From Haliotis rufescens (lineage: Eukaryota), in NCBI RefSeq assembly GCF_023055435.1, contig NW_025963802.1, forward strand, positions 17,546,001 to 17,610,000: a stretch of DNA of 64,000 bases. Reading direction: 5' to 3'. Below, in pieces: positions 26,959 to 39,900 of the stretch (position 1 is the stretch's first letter; each line of letters opens with the position of its first letter). The notes under the pieces are model-generated. The model made no database searches. It was not told where the DNA came from and worked only from the letters and a program-made list of their open reading frames with translations. A program made the position numbers and the translations under genes.

Positions 26959-27853
26959 TTGGTCAGTGTAGATCGCAACCTTGTTGAACTAGTTATCATA
27001 CTTTTGGGTGATAACACCTATTCAGATACGTCATCAGCCGAGTCACATGCTGGCTAAGGAAACCACCTGTAGAACAACAAATACTTCTTCATTAAAAAAA
27101 AACAACCTTCCAATACTCATCCCGTTTCATTGCTTTCAACTATTCCATCATGTTTCCAAGCAAATTTAACGCAGTACATATCTTAATTGCTACCCCGTCA
27201 ACGCATATCTCAATAAAATACAAATAACCCCCAACTCAGATGACATTTGCACCTGTGAAAATGTGAGGTCATCACCTCGGGACAGGAAAGGTCATCACTT
27301 CAGGTTATAGGCCATTTCATACATGCATGAAAACACATGAATATTGTTTAAGCATAATTATATCGATGTTACTTACAAATGCAGTCATAGGTCATAATGT
27401 ATGTCATGACATAATGCACTCTCTAGATCTGAAAATGTGCTTTTCCCCCTCAAGTATTGTAACCGTTGCATATTTGACCGTTCGATCTTTATTTTATATG
27501 TTTCATGAACATATTTAAATGGGGTTTAATTATAAATATGTTTAAACACTAAACATGTTTAAACGTCTGAATATGTTTAGTATGAAAACATGTTAAAATT
27601 CCTAACATGTTTAGATAATTAGGATGTTGTGTTTCGGTGTTTTTTAGACTGTGAGACGATATCTCATTTCATGTGTTTACACCCAAAGACACACCGAATG
27701 TGCATTCCGTTTACGATTGAAACACATTCCTAAACATGTTTAAATCTAAACATGTCTTGTTTGTGCTTACATTCTAAACACTTTTTTTACAGTGTACTAC
27801 ATTCACTGGACATCGGCGATCTTTTCAAGCAGTGGACCAGTAAACGGTCTGGC

Positions 27854-27998
27854 ATGATTCCAAAACAATGGCTTCCAGGGGCATGTTTTCTGATTGGCTG
27901 TTTTGGGTTGGTGATGCCACAGCCCGTTGTCGGAATACAGTCGGCTAAAAATGACTTCGCTTTCCAGCTTCAACTCGACCGCCAGTTTGCGATAACAG
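27854..27998 (+). CDS. Peroxidase-like B exon 1 (signal peptide MIPKQWLPGACFLIGCFGLVMPQ...)
   Basis: Acceptor ttttacag at 27792, ATG 27854, donor G|gtatg. QLQLDRQFA parallels gene [10 protein letters not shown]. Confidence 0.8.
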
Positions 27999-30900
27999 GT
28001 ATGTTTTCTTGCTTAAACATACCTCAGTATTTCTCGCAAGTCGAATGAATTTGGAAAAAAACGTTTAAAGCAGATTTGTGTATGAGTATGAGAAGGTCTT
28101 GAGAGACGATCCAAAATAATACCCTCGTGAGACGATCCAAAATAATACCCCTGTGAAACGAAGGTAAAGGCGGTACACGCATGCTGTAGTGCTCATGAAG
28201 GTAGTTCACAGTCATACGATCGGTGCGACCATGTCTAATACATTTCATAGAAATATTCCCAGTGGGTTAAACCCGTGAAGATCTGGGAGATCTTCAGCAA
28301 CCCATGCTTGTCGTAAAAGGCGACTGTGCTTGTCGTAAAAGGCGACAGACGGGATCGCTGGTCAGGCTCGCTGACTTCGTTGATGCTTGTCATTGATCCC
28401 AATTGCGTGGATCGATGCTCATGATATCAATCGCTAGATTGTCTGGTCCAAGTTCGATTATGTACAGACCGCCGTCATATAGCTAGAATATTGCTGAGTG
28501 CGGCTTAAAACAACAAACCAACCAACCAACCAACCCAGTGGGTTAAATAGATCTCAAAAAGATTCCCAGGGTGTATCCTCCACATGTTTATGTTCCCTAA
28601 CTTTTTTGTTCAGTATGTAAAGAATATTTCACTCGTTCTCGTAAGATCCACTTACCATGTTTCTGACCGAGAAAACGCGAAGTGACATACTATAGAAACT
28701 ACACGTGTTTCGTAAGGTGAGGTGTAATGGCGTTTAACGTCGTGCTCTGGTGATAGAGCGTCCTCCCGGAGAGCGGAAGGTTCCGGGTTCAATGCCAAGC
28801 CGCGTCATACCAAAAGACGTTAAAAGATGGTACTTGTTGGTACCCTGCCTGGCTCTCTGTATGTAGGGGCTAAAACAAGGAGTCGTCGGCACGGAGTCAG
28901 TATATTGTGTCTGAGTGGGGAATTCATGTTAAAATGCAGCATGGTATCTCAGTGGACTGGCACTATAAAATCGGCATTAATTCGGAATAGTACAAACAGC
29001 CACACACACACACACAGCCACACACACACACATGTGCATGCACGTCGTTTTATAAATCTTAACGCGTGGATAAAGCGCATTTCACCTCATTGTATCCAAT
29101 GAATCTGCTTAAATTTGATTGACATTCAAGAACCCAATACATTGCAATGTTGTATTGAGATTGATCGTCCTTGGAGAATACTTCTGTACATTTGATTGAT
29201 AGTCAAGAACCCAATACATTGCAATGATGTATTGAGATTAGTCGTCCTTGGAGAATACTTCTGTACATTTGATTGATAGTCAAGAACCCAATACATTGCA
29301 ATGATGTATTGAGATTAGTCGTCCTTGGAGAATACTTCTGTACATTTGATTGATAGTCAAGAACCCAATACATTGCAATGATGTATTGAGATTAGTCGTC
29401 CTTGGAGAATACTTCTGTACATTTGATTGCTAGTCAAGAACCCAATACATTGCAATGATGTATTGAGATTGATCGTAATGCAGGAATCTTCTGTACAATT
29501 GATTGATAGTCAAGAACCCAATACATTGCAATGATGTATTGAGATTGATCGTAATGCAGGAATCTTCTGTACATTTGATTGATAGTCAAGAACCAATACA
29601 CCACATTTTGTATTACGATTGGTCGTTTCTGTTGTAGATGTAGATTCTTCAAGGCCGTCTGCTCGAGCCTCGCACACCGCATTTTCAGGTAGCGGCGCTA
29701 TAGCTCGTGCACTTGGCGACCAGTTTTTGAACCGCATAACAGCAGCTAGGAACGCAGCACCCGGGTGAGTCTAGGCCAAGTCACTACATTTTGATGGACA
29801 AGTCTCTATAACATACAGCTATTTGAATACATCGATGATTGATACGTCGCCTGGAGACGTCCAAACGATTGAGTAAAATCGTGTGTTTTATCTCAAAGTG
29901 ACGCATATTCTATTGGTGTCATAATCTTATAAGAAATTCTCCAAATGACTTTAAGATATATGTGCCCAACGTCCTACAGTATGTTCATTGTAGAAATCCT
30001 TGAAGTCGTAGTGACCCAATGTGGATTCCAGGTCAGAAAAGGAGCCGGCTGGTGGGGCTTACAAAGAACTTGGTTCAAGATTAACACAAAAATGTACAAA
30101 TAGAAGAAGTTAAGTTTATAGTAACTAGGAAATTTAAAAAGTTGGCAGGTATTTAATCGTGTATTTAAAATTGTGTTCCCAAATGTGTTGTTGCTGTGTG
30201 ACTAATAGTACTCTCTCATACAGGAAACGGAAGCCGACAATGACAAGATATCTGATTACGAGGGCTGGTCAAAACGATCTAAGCCTGACTTACTATGGGT
30301 CATAACAAAGTGAACAAAGTGAACAAGTCAATGTAGTTCACCGATTGAGTAGTTCATTGCACTGTTTTTGGTCTGTTGTGGCCGTATGTATATTAGTGAC
30401 AGCCAGTTGAACGTGATAGGGCTTAAAATGGACACAGAAAAGAACGAATACCGCTTTTGACTTGAGAAAAGTACTCCGCATGTCACAAGTGTAGGGGGAT
30501 AAGTGCCCCAGCTATTCCACTGTTAAACGTTGGGCAGCTCTGCTTAAGGCTGGGAGAACAAGCCTTGATGGTGACCCTAGGTCTGGACGTCCCTCAATCA
30601 AGATTCAATCAAGGAGATAGAAACAATTATACTGTCAGATAGACGTATTACCATTGCTGAACTTGAGGAAGACGCAGGTCTAGGCCATGGATCCAGTGAA
30701 ACGATTATTCATGAACATTTACAGAATAATGAATAAGACATCTGCTCGTTGGGTGCCAAAGTTTCTTAATTCTGATCTTAAGAAACAAAGAACTGACATT
30801 GCCAGAGAAATTTTAAAGCTAATTGAAGAGGATTTCGTCAAGTTCAAAAAGAGATTAGTAACGGGTGATGAAACATGGGTCTACCACTATGATCTCGAGT

Positions 30901-33900
30901 CAAAACGTCAATCCATGGAATGGTACCATTCCACTTCTCCGGCACCAAAGAAATTCAAGTCTTCAAGATCAGTGAAGAAAGTTATGGCCACTTATTCTGG
31001 CATGCAAAGTGTGTGATCCGTGTTGATTACTGGTGTGGTCGGATAGCCTAGTGGTTAAAGCGTTCGCTCGTCACGCCGAAGACCCGGGTTCGATTCCCGA
31101 CATGGGTACAATGTGTGAAGCGCATTACTGGTGTCCCCCGCCGTGATATTGTTGGAATATTGCTAAAAGCGGCGTAAAACCATACACACTCACTCACTTG
31201 TTGATTACTTTGAAAGTCAAAAAGGATTTCCACCTGTTTCCTAAACTGAAAGAACGCCTTCGTGGATACCACTATGACGACAACGATGACCTCAAAGCTG
31301 CCGTGAATGGGTTTTTCAGTGTGGCTTCAGAAAACTTCTTCCTGACTGGAATTGAATAGCATAACGATCGATATGAGAAGTGTATTGAAAAGCAGGGAAA
31401 GTATGTTGAAAAAATAAATAAAAACACTTTCAAAATTGTCGGTTTTGTTTGTTAGGTTTAGAACTTTTTGACCAGCGCTCGTACTACGATATACCCTTAA
31501 CCCTTTTTTATTATTTATGTTTTAGTTTGAAATGTGCATTTTTCAATCAGACAGTCACGGTTATATTAACTTGTTTCATATGCTTAAAATAGAACGGAAC
31601 GTTTCAGAATCTGTCAATTGAATTACCTCAACCAATTGGTGTTAACATACCTTACTCATATGCAGTTTCATTTTGTGCCTTGTATACTTTAAAGATCCCT
31701 TTCATCGTTAGGTTTGATGTAGACGAACAGTTTTCATGATAATTGAAACCCTCACCAAAAGGGGGCGGTCGGGTAGCCTAGTGGTTAACGCGTTCGCTCG
31801 TCACGCCGAAGACCCGGGTTCGATTCCCGACATGGGTACAATGTGTGAAGCCCATTTCTGGTGTCCCCCGCCGTGATATTGCTAGAATAGTGCTAAAAGC
31901 GGAGTAAAACCGTACTCACTCACTCACTCTCACCGAACGGAACAACTATAATAGACCTGGCTATTGAAGACGACAGTGTATACCTTTATATATTTCAATG
32001 TTTCCAGTTAATCCATTTAATTCCAACAATATTAATATATTAGCCCATTTCATTTTCCTATTTCCGCCAAGACCCCGGCCTGGTGCGACCCTTCAGGAAT
32101 TCGAGGACACCATGAAGCAGGCGATGATGGCAATTCCAAAGGTTGGGGTGTGTTCAGCCTTCATGGGCGTCTGTGACAACTCAAGCATCTACCGCACAGC
32201 CGACGGCAGCTGCAACAACCTCAACAACCCAACATGGGGAATGTCCAATACACCACAGAGACGCTACTTGCTGCCCAAGTATAATGACGGTTAGTAGTGG
32301 TTCTTGAAGTCCGGTGATTGAAGGGTAATTGGTGGTACTATTGTCATTACTGAATATCTATGATCCACTCAAGCAGTTGTCCCCTTTTGCGTTAACTGTT
32401 ACGCCCAAATGAATCTGTTTCGGCATATACTTGAGACTGATTATTCCCTGGCGTTGAAGCTTTACAATTACGTACACCATAGACAACACGAAACTAAAAC
32501 AGTAAACTAGTGATTGATAGCATGAGCGTGTTATATTTGTCGATAAGGCATGGCGACACACAAGTCCGTGAGCCACTATATCACTGCTTAGAGCATGGGC
32601 CACATAGAAGAATGGCTCTTTGCATGAGACGATCTTCGAGATATTTTATGACACGGGTCACACATTTTAAGCACCTAGTCAACCGGTCTGTTTCTAGGAC
32701 AAGCTACTGATCATATGTTCTTAAACGGTAGTCCCACAAGAACAGGAGTGATCTATCAAGCTGGACATCAAGTACTGCTTGGTACCCATATGGCTGTAAT
32801 GCTATCATTTCGGTAGTCTCGACACCAGAAAGGAACGTCCTTTGTATCCATTGGCACAGGTCGTTTGAGACGCCGCTCTTCGCTGTGAAGAGTTGCCTCC
32901 CTTTGGCGTGCCAGAAACCTATGATCGTAGGTTTAAAGACCAGGTTGGTTCAGATTGTATTTCGAGGTTTGTCATGTTCGTGCTCGTGGGCCTCCAGAGA
33001 GGTAAATATTCGTCATTTCGGGCTTTCCTCTCACATTACGCAGTGATACAACCAACTCACGCACTTACCCACTCACCTTTACATTGCTGTTATGTAGATA
33101 AACGCGACGTTAAACCGCTCACTAAGATATAATAGAATGCTGTACATGTGTATATAAGTATTCATCTTTCCTCTGTGTGTATGATGGTCCAGTGGTCTAA
33201 GGCTACGTGGATTTGCGCCCCTTGTTGTGCCAGGAGCCCATGATCATGGGTTCGAGTCCCAGATTCACCCTGATGATTATTCATGTTTTGGCAGCACTCT
33301 ACCACGCATCATCTTCCCGATGCAAGAGAGTTAACTGACTATAAAAGTCCAGTTTCCACCCTTGCCGAATTAGGCTGGTATTATGGAGTCTCAATATGGC
33401 TGGACTAACGAGTCTGTGCATTGTCCAATCAAAATCGCGCAACGAAATCTGCATCCGTTTCGTAAACTGTCGTGCAGATTTCGGTCGATTGCAGGATTTG
33501 CGCATGCAAAGCATGTGCACCGCCAACTCCTTGTCAACAGATATTTTCCCAAACTTTTCATGTTTTTAATAAAGGTGCTCACGTGATTTGCTGCACTTCG
33601 CGATGTAAGACCCGATTTATCACAATATGGATCTTGATTATCGATCAGATCGTCTTGACTTGGCGCCGCCATTTTGTTTGAAACAAATGCAAGTGATACG
33701 AGAGGTGGAAACTGATTGGTCCATGGAAGAGGTTTAGAAGGGTCACAACTCGTAATCACCACTGGTGGAGCTGCGATCGAGCCCAGGAATTCCAGTCTAG
33801 TTCGGCAAGGGTGGAAACTGGACATTTAAAGTCAGTTAACTCTCTTGCCTCGGATACTGTTCAAAGTATAGTTAGACTCAACTCACTCACCTCATTGAAT

Positions 33901-36900
33901 GTTAAGGAATACGCAGTCCACGTACTCGTGGTGTGTTCAGCGATCCTCTGCCAAGTGCCCGACTGGTCAGCACCACCGTCCACGCCCCCGACGACAAGGC
34001 CCCTCAGATGAAATTCATCTCCCAAATACTGACGCAGTGGGGGCTGTTCCTGGCCCTCGACATCACAAGCACGCCAATAAGGACAGGTGCGTCCGACGTC
34101 CAACTGCGTGCGTGTGTGTGTGTGTGTCTATGTGTGTAAGTGTGTTTGCGTGAGTGTGTCTGTCTGTGAGTGTGTGTTTGTTTGTGTGCGTGTGTGTGTG
34201 ATTGTATCTGTGTGTGTGTTTGTTTGTATGCGTGTGTGAGTGTCTGTGTATGTGTTTGTTTGTATGCGTGTGATTGTGCCTGTGTGTGTGTTTGTCTGTA
34301 TGCGTGTGTGTGAGTGTCTGTGAGCGTGTATGTGTGTGCACGATTGTGCGTTAGTGCGTTTGGGTGTGCTTGTATGTGTCGGACTAGTACCCCAAATTAT
34401 ACGGTTTATGGCGAACTTGGACGATCTTCTGTAATAAATGTACCTAAGATCAGAATGGTCTCTTTTGGGGCAAAACTCCGACCCGGAAAATCATCAAAAT
34501 TATCTTTACTGATTTACAAGCTTTGATATAATGATAACCTATTTCAAAGACGCAAACATAAATGGATAACGTTTGTAAAACAAATCTTCGACGATCTTGG
34601 TCAAAGTTTCATTTGGCAATCACAAAGTTTTCATAGTCCAAATCATCTTAAAAATATGAATAAGAACAAATTAAATGATATCAATTTACAATGCTGGAAA
34701 GTCACCCGACATATATATTACAAAGGAGCCATGCATACCATGGTATGAATCCCTGAATTTCAAAAGTTATTTAAAAATGAAAGTAAGTATTTGGTAAGAC
34801 TTATTACAATTTAGAACCTCCAATCACAATCTCCCAATTGAAACTGGAAAATGGTAAAAGAAAATANNNNNNNNNNNNNNNNNNNNNNNNNNNNNNNNNN
34901 NNNNNNNNNNNNNNNNNNNNNNNNNNNNNNNNNNNNNNNNNNNNNNNNNNNNNNNNNNNNNNNNNNNNNNNNNNNNNNNNNNNNNNNNNNNNNNNNNNNN
35001 NNNNNNNNNNNNNNNNNNNNNNNNNNNNNNNNNNCGTTAATGTGTGTGATATATGTGTGTGTGTCTGTATATGATTGTGTGCGTGAATGTGTTTATGTGT
35101 GTCTGTAATTGTCTGGGANNNNNNNNNNNNNNNNNNNNNNNNNNNNNNNNNNNNNNNNNNNNNNNNNNNNNNNNNNNNNNNNNNNNNNNNNNNNNNNNNN
35201 NNNNNNNNNNNNNNNNNNNNNNNNNNNNNNNNNNNNNNNNNNNNNNNNNNNNNNNNNNNNNNNNNNNNNNNNNNNNNNNNNNNNNNNNNNNNNNNNNNNG
35301 TGTTTGTTCATCATATTCCACAGTTGTGTGTAACAATCGCGTTCAATTTGCTTATAATTTTGTTTTGTGTAATTTGTTGCATCTTTTGCTTCTTTTAAAT
35401 ATTCAACAGTTTTGTTTTGGGTTATTTATTTTTATTTTTATTTTTGTCAAACACAGTGGTAAATATAACAGCTCGTGTCTTTTATACAGGACTTGACGGT
35501 CGACCTCTGACGTGTTGTCCTGAAGACCTTCCGCCTCTGCTGAAGGGGATTCTTGACACGGCTCTTAGGTACTACATGTGTTTCTAAGATGCTTCGCTAA
35601 GAGATCAAAGGCGCCTGCTGTACTTTATCCTGCGTACACTTTCTGAGTTAAGTCATAATATATTCACGTCATGGCGCTGTTCAGATTACCTCCCCCGTGA
35701 TCTAGCGTATCCTTGGTAACATCGTTCTTTCATTACTATCAAGCAAGATGTCGCATTCACAACAAGATTCGACGAAAGAGCTTCTTTAAACTTGTCGAAT
35801 ATATGAGTATTATTACCTGGGAAGACATATGGCAAGATAATTATACTTACCATAATTCAATCCACTGGTCCGTGGTCATAAAATTGTCCGTTGCAGGCGT
35901 TAATGCCTTACGAATTATGGTTGTCTCTCAGGACAAAGGAATGAGCAGTCCATGAAAAGTACCATAACCACATGTCGACATCTTCCGAAGTCAAGGGAAT
36001 TGACAAGTACAAGTCCTATACAAGACTATACAAGTCCAGTTTTCATCCTTGCCAAAATAGGCTGGAATAATGGAGTTATGTTTTGGCTGGATTAACGAGT
36101 CATTGCATAATCCAATCAAAATCGCGTAACGAAATCGACATCTGGTTCTTAAACTGCAGTGAGGATTTCGGTCGATTGCAGGATTTGCAAGTCATGTGTA
36201 CCGCCAACATTCCTTCAACAGAAAATTTCCAAATCTTTTCACGTTTTTAATAAAGGTGCTCACGTGATTTGATGCACTCCGCAAAGTCAATATAGATCTC
36301 GATTATCGAACAAATTATCTTCACTAGCGCCGCCATTTTGTTTAAAGTTAATGCAAGGTATATGAGAGGTGGAAGCTGATTGGTCAACAGGACCAGTGAT
36401 GCAGGTCTCAGACGTTTACCACTTCGGTGAAATCCATGAGCACGGGTATGGTGCTGACCTAGAAACATAATCGGGGCGAGCCGGGATTCGAACCCACAAT
36501 TATAGGTGTCTGGCGTGCCCTAGGAACGCAACTCTGCACATCGAATCGCGGCACCTTAGACAACTGGGCCACCCGTGCCCCCATTAAAAAAGAACATCCA
36601 TTTTGCAAGCATGAATATTATCATTGATATTTTTCAAGTGGCGATGACAGTAATAGGGTCTACGTATGCCACTCATAATAGCATTTCAATTGTATGTGTG
36701 TCAGCTTAATGTGCTCGGCATCCTTGAATAATGTGGCAATGTGACGCCGCCCGTAAACATTTATCGCTGTTGTGAAACCCTAAAATACGCGTATGATGCA
36801 GATCATCTGTACGAAACTCATCTTCCCGAGGCAAGAGAGTTAACTGACTTCAAAAGTCAAGTTTCCACCCTTGCCGAACTAGGCTGGAATTACTGGACTC

Positions 36901-39900
36901 GATCGTAGCGCCACCAGTGGCTATTACCAGTTATGTCCCTTCTAAGCTTCTACTATGGACCAATCAGATTCCACCTCTCGTATCACTTGTGTTTGCTTGA
37001 CACAAAATGGTGGCGCCCAAACAGGACGATCTAATCGATAATCAAGATCGATAATCAAGATCTTACACCACGAAATGCATCAAATCACGTGAGGACCTTG
37101 ATTAAAAACATGAAAAGATTTGGGAAATATCTGCTGACAACATGATTGGGGTGCAACAGAAATATTTCTTTTTAGGATACACACCTACAATATTTGTGTT
37201 CACAGAGACGGGTGTTTCCCTATCGATATCCCCCAAGGGGACAGGTTCTTCCGTAGGAGATGCATGCACTTTCCCCGGTCTATACAGGTAGAGAATCCGC
37301 AGTGCACTGGAGGTATGTCCCCAACACGTCTCCGTAGGTTCTGGATATCGGTGAGTGAGTGAGGTGATTTAAACGCCGCTTTGAACAGCATCCAGTCCTA
37401 TCACGGCGTATCAACTTGATTTGGGAGAAACGCCCGATGTGCTGCAGGTCTTAGACGTTTACCCCTTTGGCGAAACCCCCGAGTTTGAACGCAGGATCAT
37501 TGGTTCCTCGTACGAACAAGGGATGCAACTCTGCACAGCGGCACCTCAGACGACTGGGCCACCCTAAAACCATGTCCTTGTATCCATGGTAGTTTAATAT
37601 ATAAACAAAATCAAAATCTTGGGCCAATAAGTTAAAGTCTCATGAGTCGTTCCTAGAAAGCATCATGTGGAGGTTTGCAGTATGTCTGTTTGTTTCTTGT
37701 TAAACGAACACTCAGCATATTCCAGCTATAAAACGGAGGCCTGTTTATAATAGTGTCTGGGACAGACAACACCAGGGTACGATGACACGCAATCAATCAG
37801 GTCATTGTGTTTGACCACATCTATTTTAATCGCCTTGCACGACACACTTAGGTTACAGGGAACCAATTCTCACCAGGATTGACCAGAAGCGATCGAGCTG
37901 ACTACTTATCCAGGGCGCCGCGATTCGCTTACAGAGTCGCGTCCCTTGGGCACTCAGGAAACCTATGATTGTGGGTTCGAATCCCGGTTCACCCCGATTA
38001 TGTTACCAGTTTTGTCAGCACCACAACCATGCTGGTGGGTTTCACCGAAGTGGTAAACGTCTAAGACCTGCATCACTTCGGGCTTTCCTCCCACATTAAG
38101 CTGACACGCCGTGATATAACTGGAATACTGTTACCACCCTACCAAAACCCGTTAAGCATACCTCACTCACTCACAGACATCACATAACGACATTAACTCG
38201 GGTAGTTTGCAACTTGATACTACGGCTTGTAGGGGATTAGGGTTGACTTTTTATAGAAACCAAATATGTGCATGACAGTAAGTTTTGTCACTTTCAATAT
38301 TTGAAATTTAAAAGGAATCATTAAATAACCAGCAGGCTTTCCTCATCATCTTAATATACATTCACGGGTCTATAAATACTCACCAAATACCATTCAGAGT
38401 AATGTGCCTTTGCCAAATCCTCAGTTCATCTAAACAATTCACCTCTCTGGTGTCTCTATGTGCTGTGTCTTGCAGTGCCAGCGGAGCAGCTCAACCAACG
38501 GACGGCGTACATCGACGCCTCCCCTCTGTATGGGACGACTGCTGAAGAGGCCGCAGGCCTCAGGGCCATGGTTGATGGTGAATATGTATATGTACCACCA
38601 TTGGGCAGGACTTGTTCGCGAGCACATGGCATAATGATTATTTGATAGTCGCGCTGATGATATAGTCGGAAACGTACAATGGATTTTGCTTTCAGCGGGG
38701 AGTTCTTATGACTAATGGTGTGCCGCTTTTCTTTACGACGTCGTCTTTTCATAAAACAAATAAGCCCTCTCGGTTGGATAAGATGTTTTGCTCCATCATT
38801 ATTGTTTGGGGCATAATAAGATTAAGTGACAAACAATGTTTGAACATTTCTTCAGACTGACTTTCTTCTTCCCTTTAGTGTAAATTTCAAATGTTCGAAT
38901 AGATATTAAGTCTGTATTGTCAACGGTAAATATTTGATTCATGCTTTATGATGATATTTTGTCAGGTTTATTGAAAACGTCGATGGGGGTGTCAAGTATA
39001 CAGACCATATTCATGAGAGAGCATAACAGAACAGCCCGGTCTCTCAAGAAGATCAACCCACATTGGAATGACGAAAGACTCTTTCAGGAGACCAGGAGAA
39101 TTATTGGCGCCATCGTCCAGAAGATTACTTATAACCATTTCCTTCCGCTCGTTCTGAACAAGTTCGCCCTCGCCAAGTATAAACTGGGGTCCCCCAGATA
39201 CGGATACTATAACGTTTATAGTAGATCCACTGACGCAAGCATCGTTAACGCGTTTTCGACAGCCGCATTTCGGTTCGGACACTCCATTCCTAGATCTGTG
39301 GTCAGCAGAGTGCGGCCGGACTTCTCCACAAGGAGGTTTGAGCGTTTGTTCCGGGTGTTCCTCAACACCGGGTCAAGTGATGGGGAAGCTGTTGGTGACT
39401 ATGTAAGGGGTGAGTTGAACGACAGAGCGAATCCGGTTGACCGCTTCATGTCGACGGATCTGACAGACAGGCTGTTTCTCGTCAATAACAACAGCCTCGA
39501 TCTGGCCGCTTTCAACATCCAGCGGGGTCGGGACCATGGTTTGCCGGGGTATTCGGCGTTCAGGCAGCTGTGTGGTCTACCCGGGGTGTACAACTTCCGA
39601 CCTTCCCATGGAGGACTCGTGGACCATGATCCCCACACTGCAAGACTTCTGGAATCTGTCTACAAGTTAGTCTCTGCACATGTTTCGCATTACACAGTGT
39701 GTTTCACAGCACTTTTCCTAAAACATCAATTTAAAAAAAATTCATTTCTTTTGCATACCGAGTAACCTCGTTAGTCTGGAAACCACTCCTGTCTGGCCAT
39801 CATTATGAAAGTGCTACCTAATCAAAGGGACATTACTCTAAACCATGATTCGTTAATCCAGACCTCGTTAGTCTGGAAACCACTCCTGTTGGGCCATCAT

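Noticed and set aside
31761-31832. tRNA gene (also 31033, 49240 and 57930 regions)
   Set aside because: A/B boxes are present, but each runs into a SINE body and tail flanked by TSDs, with no proper acceptor stem or oligo-T terminator.
34044-34058. RNA editing restoring Gln/Asp/His
   Set aside because: It would need U-to-A and C-to-A changes, which are not known metazoan editing types, and it could not restore the deleted Arg loop.
34838-35496. ORFs spanning N gaps; possible hidden peroxidase exon carrying the missing residues
   Set aside because: The ORFs are artefacts of Ns. Exons 4 and 5 already join in phase with continuous homology, and the missing GDxRxNE block belongs inside exon 8, not here.
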